Origin: Thermoplasmatota archaeon
GTDB lineage: Archaea > Thermoplasmatota > Penumbrarchaeia > Penumbrarchaeales > Penumbrarchaeaceae
Assembly: GCA_029762535.1 (NCBI GenBank)
Contig: JARVGK010000017.1
Span: 50,409-64,726, forward strand
Direction: 5' to 3'
Length of the DNA stretch: 14,318 bases
How positions within the stretch are numbered: position 1 is the stretch's first letter; every line of letters starts with the position of its first letter. Shown in pieces: positions 6,522-14,318 of this stretch. The notes under the pieces were generated by a model. The model was not told where the DNA came from. It searched no databases and saw nothing but the letters and a program-made list of their open reading frames with translations. A program made the position numbers and the translations under genes.

Positions 6522-7136
6522 ATGGTCTTTACAGAGAGCGTACTCGATATCGGGGAGGAGCTGAAAGGGGCCGTACTGCTGGTCCCTGACGATCCCCGGC
6601 TCCTTGAGCTGGGGCGCTTCATTGAAAAGGAATGCGGGCATATGAAGTGCCTCTCCGTGCTGCCCGATGGATCGGGGCGGGATCTCCTTTATGCGCTTCG
6701 GGACATTCCCCTTCGGGCCTTCGGGTTGTTGTGGAGGGCCGATCTCGAGGAGGAACTGCTCTCGGGATCGGGGCCCGAGGCGGAGGTGCTCTGCCGGGTC
6801 CCGTATCACGATCCCGAATCCCTATTCGGCAGGCCCGCCCTCTGCCTCCTGTCGCGTCACGGCCCCTCGTGGAGGGACCTCCCGAAGGTCCCTTCCATCG
6901 CGCTCGATCGCAGGTATCCTAACCTCGCCCGGGATTATCTAAGATATTGGTCAGGGGCTTACAGGTTAATAGGATCGGACATCGAGGGGCCGATCGGATG
7001 GCAGGGACCATTTGTAGGGGCGGACCTCGCCCTCTCCCTGGTGGGATCCCCCGAGATCCTCGAGAGGACGGACTTTCGCCCGCTCGATAGGATCCTCGAC
7101 AGCGATCCCGTCCTGATCCGGATCGGACAGAAATGA
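6522..7136 (+). CDS. Divergent short-form ATP phosphoribosyltransferase (HisG)-like protein, probably catalytically degenerate
   Basis: RYPNLARDYL resembles HisG TKYPNLA.xY; GADLALSLVGSPEILERTDFRPLDRILDSDPVLI resembles G.AD.IVD.V.TG.TL..NGL..I..I..S.A.LI. SD GGAGG 6510-6514 fits ATG 6522 better than 6516. Confidence 0.65.
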   Translation: MVFTESVLDIGEELKGAVLLVPDDPRLLELGRFIEKECGHMKCLSVLPDGSGRDLLYALRDIPLRAFGLLWRADLEEELLSGSGPEAEVLCRVPYHDPESLFGRPALCLLSRHGPSWRDLPKVPSIALDRRYPNLARDYLRYWSGAYRLIGSDIEGPIGWQGPFVGADLALSLVGSPEILERTDFRPLDRILDSDPVLIRIGQK

Positions 7137-7223
7137 CGGGAAGATGGTCCGTTGATGGAATTGGAGGGGTCTTACACTGTCTTGATCGGGATCCCATCAA
7201 TATCATTCTATATAGATTCTATG

Positions 7224-7247
7224 TATAATATAATATAATATAATATA
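7224..7247. repeat. (TATAA)4-TATA microsatellite in an AT-only intergenic stretch
   Basis: Four exact TATAA units at 7224, 7229, 7234 and 7239, followed by TATA. Preceded by the near-duplicate ATTCTATATAG/ATTCTATGTAT. Confidence 0.85.
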
Positions 7248-7505
7248 TATTTATTTTTGGGGATTTTTTCGGTAGTTTTATATATTGTTATGACAATTCC
7301 TATCAAGGTGATCTGTATGAGGGGGATCTCGGGTGATCCGAAGGCAAAAACAAGGGAAGGTGATTTGATCGAGGCAATGTGATTGGATTGGAGGCTGATG
7401 AAATGAACGACATGAAAATTCCAGGAAAAAATGAAGAATAGAGCGATCGCTGTGTAGCTTCGAATGACAATTTTATTTGCGGGTATTGTTCACGGGGGAC
7501 TAACC

Positions 7506-9056
7506 TTGACGAAGGTAAAAAAAATTAAAGGGAATAATATTATCACAATATTAGTACTAAATATACTTTTAGTACTGCTATTGCCATCTTTCATTCCACT
7601 AATAAATGCATATTGGACTCCTCCATCATGTGGGGATTTATGCAATTATTACCGCCTTTATCCTTACGATATTTACAAAATGGGAATAGCAGAATATAAT
7701 TTTAATGAAGGAAGTGGATCTACAACACATGATGATAGTGGAAGGGGGAAAACTGGATCTGTTGTTGGAGCTGAATGGGTAGACGAGAGAGATAATAACT
7801 TTAATTCAAACGCGGCATTATCATTCGATGGTAATGGTGATTATGTTGAAGTGGAGGATCATCCTGATTTGGAGGAATTGTGGAATACAATGTTTGAGGG
7901 TTTTGTCATCACATCAATTATTCGAATACCGGATGAATGTGAAAAACAGTATATGTCTATTGTTAGTCAGGTAGATCAAAATGGAGTTGGTTATAATTTT
8001 CATATTGACAATGGTAATTTAGCTCTTGATTTATTTGGAAATCTAGCAAAAACAGACGGGATAGATTTAAGGAATGGAATTTGGCATTTTATTGCTGTTA
8101 CTTTTTATTGGGGAAAGGTAAGATTTTATATTGACCCAACCACACAATCAGATGGTTTTGTAAGTGAACATATATTAGAAAATTTTGAAAATCCTTCTCC
8201 GACTTATCCAAATACAAATTTATATATCGGCATTAATTTTCAGGATCAAGATTATGATTTTGAAGGGATTATTGATTGCGTGTTACTTTATAAATCATTG
8301 AACTGTTTTACTGCACCTGAATATGAATTGCCTTGGGGACATCACACTTTAGCATATTGGACAATGGATGAAGGTGATGGCATGGTAATAAATGACAGAG
8401 TCGGATGGGATTGGAATAGCTATGGAATACTCATGGGTTCATCATTTGTACCATGGTTGGTAGGACCGAATGGACTTCATTTTGAAGGTGGTTATGTTAA
8501 TGTCCCCGATTATAATTATTTTTTTGATTTTCCGACATCATTGAATCAAGATGATTTTTATGTTGAGTTTATCATGAAAGTTAATGATTTTAATCCTTCG
8601 TATGACAGCATAATATATGGAAAATCTACATTAATAGGTAGGTATGAAGTTGTATCAGCAGAAAACCCAATCGATTTGCGTGGATGGGAGATATATGTTA
8701 CACCGCACGAGGGATCAAACTCTCAGGGAATAATTTCTTTTGCTCATTATAACGGTAGTCAGAATTCAATAGTTACGACATATAATCAGGGTCCTACTTT
8801 ACTTTCTAATGTTAGATATTATGTTTATGCATGGAGCATTAACGGAAATCAATATTTACATGTAACCACGTATGACGAAATAATTGTTGATAGTATTTAC
8901 GCTTCATCTGTGGGTATTGGTGATCCCTACGAATATACGCCTCCATATCCATTTCCTTTGTTCATTGGAGCTGGAGTAGACCAAAATAATGATCCAAATA
9001 ACCCTAAATATTTTTATAACGGGTATCTTGATGAACTATCTATTAGGACATTATAG
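7506..9056 (+). CDS. Secreted protein with two LamG-like (concanavalin A-like jelly-roll) domains
   Basis: Basic plus hydrophobic signal peptide (KVKKIK...IITILVLNILLVLLLP...INA). Two units of the form YNFNEGSG...ALSFDGNGDYV...WHFIAVT...LYIG...FEGIID and YWTMDEGDG...FIGA...YNGYLDE. TTG 7506 follows GGGGGA; the ORF track starts at 7464. Markedly AT-rich. Confidence 0.85.
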   Translation: MTKVKKIKGNNIITILVLNILLVLLLPSFIPLINAYWTPPSCGDLCNYYRLYPYDIYKMGIAEYNFNEGSGSTTHDDSGRGKTGSVVGAEWVDERDNNFNSNAALSFDGNGDYVEVEDHPDLEELWNTMFEGFVITSIIRIPDECEKQYMSIVSQVDQNGVGYNFHIDNGNLALDLFGNLAKTDGIDLRNGIWHFIAVTFYWGKVRFYIDPTTQSDGFVSEHILENFENPSPTYPNTNLYIGINFQDQDYDFEGIIDCVLLYKSLNCFTAPEYELPWGHHTLAYWTMDEGDGMVINDRVGWDWNSYGILMGSSFVPWLVGPNGLHFEGGYVNVPDYNYFFDFPTSLNQDDFYVEFIMKVNDFNPSYDSIIYGKSTLIGRYEVVSAENPIDLRGWEIYVTPHEGSNSQGIISFAHYNGSQNSIVTTYNQGPTLLSNVRYYVYAWSINGNQYLHVTTYDEIIVDSIYASSVGIGDPYEYTPPYPFPLFIGAGVDQNNDPNNPKYFYNGYLDELSIRTL

Positions 9057-9058
9057 AA

Positions 9059-9290
9059 GGGCTGTATGGGTAAAAAGTAATCATGTACGTTCATTTAGGT
9101 CTATCGACAAAGTTTTGATCGAGGTCAAACTCATACACGGCTCGAGGCATCATAGAGAAGTTGAAACCAACCCAGGACAACGATTCCTCAATCCTTCGGG
9201 AGGTATCAAGCTTTTCTCTAACGTAACTGCTGAACTGAACTTTCTTTTCTTGACCGAGTTGGTCCTTTCAACATTGGATCGCTTATGATC
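9059..9290 (-). mobile_element. Remnant of an IS4/IS5-type insertion sequence: transposase 3' end (frameshifted) plus probable terminal end
   Basis: Minus strand reads DHKRSNVERTNSVKKRKF (YREK signature, Y>D). After a 5-bp GTTCA duplication it continues SSYVREKLDTSRRIEESLSWVGFNFSMMPRAVYEFDLDQNFVDRPK* (stop 9093-9091). A GGGCTGTATGGG end is seen at 9059-9070 on the + strand. Confidence 0.75.
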
Positions 9291-9378
9291 CCAAGTTTGA
9301 TTATCTGTGGTCAAGGGCCTTGTCGAGGCAAAGGAACAGGGCTCCACCAAGAAACCGTATTCGGTCCGGATCTCCCCC

Positions 9379-12300
9379 TTACGGAGTAGATTCCTGGATC
9401 CCGGAGGGGATCGGGGGGCTGGAAGCATCAGGGGGCAGTGGGGGTCCCCTTCTCCTCAAGATCAGGACCGCTGATGCGATCCCCAGAAGAAGGAGGAGAA
9501 GAACGAGGATGACGGAGATCGCAACTATCAGAACAAGTCCAGAGTCCTCCCTCACCTTGCCCTCCACGGGATCGGAGAGCGGACCCTCTCCGTTATCATT
9601 GACGGCGGATACCTGGTATCGATATTCCCTTCCTCCCTCAACGTCACGATCCATGTATTCTAGGGTTTCCGGTCCGACCTCGGCAATGAGTATAGAGCTT
9701 CCTTCGGAAAATGACCTGTAGATAAGGTATTTTATAATAGGCAGTCCCCCGGTATCCTCCGGTGGATCCCAGGAAAGGGAGATCGCATTGGATGAGGACT
9801 CGATCCCAACGTTCAGGGGAACGGAGGGCTTTCCCGAAGGCTTAACAGGGATCGGCAGAGAGCGTGTGCTCTCTCCTATGGAATTGGTCGAGGTAAGCGA
9901 ATAGTGATACGTCATGCCATTTTCGACCGCTGTGTCCCTGAAGAACCCTCCAAGTATTGATGTCGTCAATATCACAACACTGGAGTTCGCCTCCTCCCCG
10001 CGATGTATCCTCACCTCGGTGACGGGATCCCCTCCGTCATCTTCTGGTGAGGTCCAGGATATGTCAATAAATCCGTCCCCGGGAGTGACCTGAACGTTCG
10101 ACGGAGGGGACGGGATCCCAGCGGGCCTTGCGCTCTTCGTCTCGGTGAACTGGCCGTCACCGACCATATTCACTGCTGCCACTTTGTAGTAGTATGTCTT
10201 TCCGTTCTTCACCTGTACGTCTTTGAATGAGAGGTTCGAACTCTCAACTGTTTTAAACGAGCCCATTTCAATGGAATGCTCGCCCTTGAATATGCGATAT
10301 TCCGTGATGGTCGTTCCGCCGTAATCCGTCGGCATCTTCCAACTCAGTGATATGAACCCATCTCCGGGTAAGATCTCAAAGTCCACTGGTGGCCCGGGCG
10401 TCCCCAGAGGTGTCACATTGATCGCCATCGTCGGATCCGATTCCCCGACCGAATTGAAAGCGGTGATCCTGTAGCCGTATGTCCTGCCGTTGACGGCCTT
10501 TGAGTCCACGTATGTTTTTTCGAGAGAATCGAGTTCGCTCTTCATAACCCATACATCTTCTCTATCCATTCGGTATATTTTGAATCCCATAAGAGGAGTT
10601 CCACCATTTTCAAGAGGGAGCTCCCAGGTCAATGTGACGGAGTTGGAATGCGCCGATACCTTGAAGTTCAATGGGGGAGAGGGACGGTCCAGAGGTAAAG
10701 CGGAGACCTCTTCTGACGGATAGCTCGATCCCGCAACGTTGATCGCCGCGATCCTGTATCGGTAACTGAGCCCGTTCTCCACATTGTAGTCATTGAAATA
10801 GAGGGGTTGAGGAGGCAAGGTAACATACTTGACGAACGTCCAGTTCTGAACCGCCCTCATGATGTTATAGTTGATTATCGGGCTGCCTCCGTCCCACTCT
10901 GGCTCGCTCCAACTAAGCGTTAGATGTCCAGGTACAGGAGTAACAAGCACATTCCTGACCGGGAGGGGTATTGTCCTTGGATTGGCGTTCATATCATCCG
11001 AAGGGGGAGACTCTCCTCTCAAGTTGAACGCGGTGATATGATAACGGTAATCGATCCCGTTTTCGACATCCACATCAATGTAGTTATTGATTTGTGGCTC
11101 TATCGTGATAACTTCCGTTTCCGGGATCCCATCAATTTTTTTATACAATCTGTAGCCCAACAGCGCTGAACCTCCGTCGGTCTCCGGATATTGCCAGGTC
11201 AGGTTAACATATTCATTTCCGCTAATGGCCATAACGTTCCTTGGCGATGTCGGGATCGTGGATGGGTTCGCCGTTACCTCGTTCGAGAATTCTCCAGAAC
11301 CCACCCAGTTGAAGGCAAGTATCGCATAGTAGTAGCCGATGCCATTCATCACCGAAGTATCATTGAAGGCCGTATCTCCCGCCGTGAAAGCTATGCTATC
11401 ATACACCCCGCTCTGGGTCCCTCTGAATATCTCGTAGTCCGTGACCGGAGCCCCTCCGTCATCATCAGGAGGATCCCAGGAAAGACTGACGAAGGAATCG
11501 CCATCAACAACCGAAAGATTAACGGGCTTTCCGGGTAACCTTGTCAGATCGATCCTGGTCACGAACACATCCGAACCCCCGTTATGTGTAGTGTCGAATG
11601 ATCCGACATTGGTAGGAAAGTTGAGCGAATAGGTACCTCCGGTTATGTAAACGTAACCACTGTGATCCACAGCGATCCCATATCCATAATCATCATTGCT
11701 CCCTCCGATGAATGTGGAATAGATGAGAGAAGACCCGGTGGGATCGAGCTTGGTCACGAACACCTCATTTTCCCAGTTGTGAGTAGTATCATATGCTCCA
11801 TTTATGGTCGGATAGCCCCAAGATTCTGTACTTCCGGCAATATATGCGTTACCACCCAAGTCGATGATGATCGCATACCCGATATCATTTTGAGCTCCTC
11901 CGATGAATGTGGAATAGATGAGAGAAGACCCGGTGGGATCGAGCTTGGTCACGAACACATCGCGTCCACCGTTGTTATAAATATTATACGAACCGTTAGT
12001 TGTTGGATAGTCGGTTGAAGCCGTTACTCCGGTTATATATGCGTTACGATATGAATCCAGAGTGATCGAGGATCCGGCATCATATTTACTACCTCCGATA
12101 AAGGTGGAGTATATAAGGGAAGACCCATTGGGATCGATCTTGGTCACGAAAACATCATTTCCTCCGTTGTGAGTCGTATCGAAAGCACCGCTGGTGGTAG
12201 GATAGTCATCCGAATTAGTACTTCCTGCAATATAGGCATTCCCGCCTGAGTCGGTGGTGATAGCATACCCATAATCATTTTGAGCCCCTCCGATGAATGT

Positions 12301-13743
12301 GGAATAGATCAGGGAAGAACCAGTAGGATCGAGTTTGGTTACGAAAGCATCACATACAAAAAAGCCAACATTAAATGTTGTATCAAACGCTCCGCTGGTA
12401 GTGGGATAGTCTTGTGAACAAGTAACCCCGGTCACATATACATTCCCGTAGGGATCCAAACCTATCGCCTCTGCCCATTCATCCTCACTTCCTCCGATGA
12501 AGGTGGAATATATGAGAGAGGATCCTGTGGGGTTGATCTTGGTCACAAAAACATCGCCCCAACCCTTATATGTAGTATTGTATGCTCCGCTTGTAATTGG
12601 ATAGTCGGTTGAAGATGTTCCTCCGGTTATATAGGCGTTCCCGCTACTATCCAATTCGATAGCACGTCCAGAATCAATGCCACTCCCTCCAATAAATGTC
12701 GAATATAACAAGGAAGAACCCGAAGAATTGATCTTGGTCACGAAAACATCTCCATAACCGCCATTATTCGAGGTATCATATACCCCGATCGTTGTGGGAA
12801 ATACAAATGAACCGGTACTTCCGGTGATATAAACATTTCCGCTCGGATCAACTGCTATCCCGTATCCAGTTTCATCATTGCTTCCACCTAAAAACGTGGA
12901 ATAGATAAGGGGATCGACGATCAATACCCTGGATAGGTCATAGGAGCCAATGTCGAAACCATAGGTGTCATGGCCGGTTATCATGAAATCGCAGGGGATC
13001 CTCTCGTTCGGACCATCTTCGTAGAAAGCCACGAGACCGGTATCAAGAACATCTCTATGATCGGTAGTTATGACAAGATCCCCTCTTTCATTGACTTCAA
13101 GATGATTGTGCCCCTCCACACGGAATCCGATCCGGGAGGGATCCGATCCCGGATGGATGATGATGTCGTATTTGACCGATCCGCCATCGGTCCGGTAAAC
13201 GAGGTCGATCCCGTCCCAGAGGTCCTCGTAAACGATCTCGCGGTAGTTCGGGACCTGGGTCCTCCACTTGCCCGGGTCGTTCCCGTAGAAGAAATTCGAG
13301 AACCAAGGGGCTCTATCCCTTCCCTTTGGGATCACATCGTTCCTTCCGGGGAACGATAGTTTGATGGTGTTGATGCTTACGATCTCTCCTTCCTTTGACG
13401 GGATCCGATCCTCAATCATTAGCTGTTTTGGATCGAGCGAAGAACGTCCTCTGATCTCAGGAGTTCGACTCACGCTCGTGATATAGATCCCGTCCTTGGA
13501 GAAGGCGATCCTCCCATCCGGGCCGCTGCCGTAGAAGAGGATCCCATGGTCTTTGATCTGACCATTGTTTTGGGTGAATACGCTTCCTGAGATCTTCGTC
13601 GCCTCGGCAGATTTGACATTTCCAGGTGGAAGGTCGAAAAATAATCCATTATCAACATCATCTGTTGGAGCGGAATTATACATTATCATGGAGGAGAATA
13701 TCATTGTGATCAAAACGAAAGATATCTGGATACTTCCAATCAT
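9379..13743 (-). CDS. Large membrane-anchored surface protein: signal peptide, SBBP-associated N-terminal domain, 7 SBBP beta-propeller repeats, 7 fibronectin type III domains, C-terminal TM helix and Pro-rich tail
   Basis: F.QNNGQI, NFFYGNDPGKW, KYDIIIHPG and LIVDP in the N-terminal domain; seven L(I/L)YSTF(L/I)GG...GN.YI.G...DVFVTK repeats; seven P..P.N...LSW..P..GG..I..Y...Y.Y...A.N..G repeats; LVLIVAISVILVLLLLLLGIASAVLIL-RRR. SD AGGAG upstream. Confidence 0.93.
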   Translation of the reverse strand: MIGSIQISFVLITMIFSSMIMYNSAPTDDVDNGLFFDLPPGNVKSAEATKISGSVFTQNNGQIKDHGILFYGSGPDGRIAFSKDGIYITSVSRTPEIRGRSSLDPKQLMIEDRIPSKEGEIVSINTIKLSFPGRNDVIPKGRDRAPWFSNFFYGNDPGKWRTQVPNYREIVYEDLWDGIDLVYRTDGGSVKYDIIIHPGSDPSRIGFRVEGHNHLEVNERGDLVITTDHRDVLDTGLVAFYEDGPNERIPCDFMITGHDTYGFDIGSYDLSRVLIVDPLIYSTFLGGSNDETGYGIAVDPSGNVYITGSTGSFVFPTTIGVYDTSNNGGYGDVFVTKINSSGSSLLYSTFIGGSGIDSGRAIELDSSGNAYITGGTSSTDYPITSGAYNTTYKGWGDVFVTKINPTGSSLIYSTFIGGSEDEWAEAIGLDPYGNVYVTGVTCSQDYPTTSGAFDTTFNVGFFVCDAFVTKLDPTGSSLIYSTFIGGAQNDYGYAITTDSGGNAYIAGSTNSDDYPTTSGAFDTTHNGGNDVFVTKIDPNGSSLIYSTFIGGSKYDAGSSITLDSYRNAYITGVTASTDYPTTNGSYNIYNNGGRDVFVTKLDPTGSSLIYSTFIGGAQNDIGYAIIIDLGGNAYIAGSTESWGYPTINGAYDTTHNWENEVFVTKLDPTGSSLIYSTFIGGSNDDYGYGIAVDHSGYVYITGGTYSLNFPTNVGSFDTTHNGGSDVFVTRIDLTRLPGKPVNLSVVDGDSFVSLSWDPPDDDGGAPVTDYEIFRGTQSGVYDSIAFTAGDTAFNDTSVMNGIGYYYAILAFNWVGSGEFSNEVTANPSTIPTSPRNVMAISGNEYVNLTWQYPETDGGSALLGYRLYKKIDGIPETEVITIEPQINNYIDVDVENGIDYRYHITAFNLRGESPPSDDMNANPRTIPLPVRNVLVTPVPGHLTLSWSEPEWDGGSPIINYNIMRAVQNWTFVKYVTLPPQPLYFNDYNVENGLSYRYRIAAINVAGSSYPSEEVSALPLDRPSPPLNFKVSAHSNSVTLTWELPLENGGTPLMGFKIYRMDREDVWVMKSELDSLEKTYVDSKAVNGRTYGYRITAFNSVGESDPTMAINVTPLGTPGPPVDFEILPGDGFISLSWKMPTDYGGTTITEYRIFKGEHSIEMGSFKTVESSNLSFKDVQVKNGKTYYYKVAAVNMVGDGQFTETKSARPAGIPSPPSNVQVTPGDGFIDISWTSPEDDGGDPVTEVRIHRGEEANSSVVILTTSILGGFFRDTAVENGMTYHYSLTSTNSIGESTRSLPIPVKPSGKPSVPLNVGIESSSNAISLSWDPPEDTGGLPIIKYLIYRSFSEGSSILIAEVGPETLEYMDRDVEGGREYRYQVSAVNDNGEGPLSDPVEGKVREDSGLVLIVAISVILVLLLLLLGIASAVLILRRRGPPLPPDASSPPIPSGIQESTP
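11545..12910 (-). repeat. Seven ~195-bp coding repeats (SBBP blades), including a 62-bp perfect duplicate
   Basis: 11702-11763 is identical to 11897-11958 (offset 195). 11884-11919 matches 12274-12309 at 35/36 (offset 390). Confidence 0.9.
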
Positions 13744-13846
13744 TTCTTTTTTCTCCTGATCAAGATTTCTCTAACCTTGCTATGGACAAGACATTAATTG
13801 TAGGGTTATCTTAGATATATTAATGTTTTTCATTCTTGCGAATCTT

Positions 13847-14318
13847 TGTATTGTAGAACCTAGGGAGATATGTCGCCCTTTCAGGCAATAAGCACGTTCT
13901 CAAGTTTTAAAGCTTTCACCAACTTTACATACCAGTTACCATCAACCTGTCCAGAATACCGATCTTCTGGAACACAACCTATCACAGAATGATACTTTCC
14001 GTTGTTATACCAATCATTGTAAACACCTATCCAATGATTGATCCGGGATCTGTCCCGAGAACCTATCAACTGATGCCTCAGAAATCGTTTCAACCCCTTC
14101 TGATATGCACTCAACTTTCCCAGTGTTTGGGGATGATGAACACTACTCCAGATGTGTTTCTCATTGAGGAACTCCTCACAATATCTTCTCATTCTGGCAT
14201 TCTTCCGACTGAACTGGCTACCGTTATCGGTCAGTAGATTATCGTATCTTTCCCGAACCAGTCTCTTCATTCCTTCGATAACTGTCTTATCGGTCTGGTC
14301 TGGTAATGCAACTGCCCA
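13847..14318 (-). mobile_element. 3' part of an IS481-like insertion sequence (runs off window)
   Basis: rve/DDE-type transposase C-terminus. Putative terminal IR begins TGTATTG at 13847 on the + strand, in line with the 5'-TGT ends of IS481 elements. Confidence 0.75.
13881..14318 (-). CDS. IS481-family / integrase-core transposase, C-terminal part (5' end outside window)
   Basis: Frame open from 14318 (WAVALPDQTDKTVIEGM...). Contains LLTDNGSQF, HHPQTLGK and WYNNGKYHSVIGCVPEDRY. Confidence 0.85.
   Translation of the reverse strand, partial: WAVALPDQTDKTVIEGMKRLVRERYDNLLTDNGSQFSRKNARMRRYCEEFLNEKHIWSSVHHPQTLGKLSAYQKGLKRFLRHQLIGSRDRSRINHWIGVYNDWYNNGKYHSVIGCVPEDRYSGQVDGNWYVKLVKALKLENVLIA

Noticed and set aside
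7455-7457. Pyrrolysine readthrough of the TAG in frame with the LamG ORF
   Set aside because: No pyl or methylamine methyltransferase genes in the window, and the LamG ORF has its own RBS and signal peptide downstream.
11545-12910. CRISPR array or diversity-generating retroelement TR/VR pair
   Set aside because: The repeats are in-frame ~195-bp protein repeats, differences are not adenine-specific, and no cas or reverse transcriptase gene is in the window.
9320-13759. Small + strand ORFs inside the adhesin gene (e.g. 11662-12018 with an internal repeat)
   Set aside because: Antisense by-products; their repeats simply mirror the SBBP DNA repeats.
9059-14318. Composite transposon carrying the adhesin gene
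   Set aside because: The two flanking IS sequences belong to different families with unrelated ends, and no shared target-site duplication is visible.

Overview
Probably archaeal DNA, most likely a Thermoplasmatota-type genome. This is inferred from GGAGG/GAGGTGA ribosome-binding sites, TATA-like promoters and SBBP/FN3 surface proteins. Left part: a tight + strand operon made of an acidic Zn-ribbon protein C-terminus, a multi-Zn-finger protein, an RNase H-fold/DnaQ-like exonuclease homolog and a SRAP (YedK/HMCES) abasic-site protein. It converges on a HAD phosphatase and a Cys/Met-rich small heat-shock protein. Middle: a structured ~500-bp divergent intergenic region, then an arsS radical SAM / TIGR04282-type / TIGR04283-type three-gene operon (arsenosugar-type, no arsM in the window). 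After it come a PIN-toxin 3' remnant with its intact 41-aa partner ORF and a degenerate HisG-like gene preceded by a His-containing leader ORF. Right part: an accessory surface-protein region with an AT-rich secreted double LamG protein, a frameshifted IS4/IS5-type transposase remnant with one terminal end, a 1454-aa membrane-anchored 7xSBBP/7xFN3 protein and the 3' end of an IS481-like element whose third DDE residue is not Glu. GATC is strongly and unevenly over-represented. All family calls come from motif recognition only; no searches were run.
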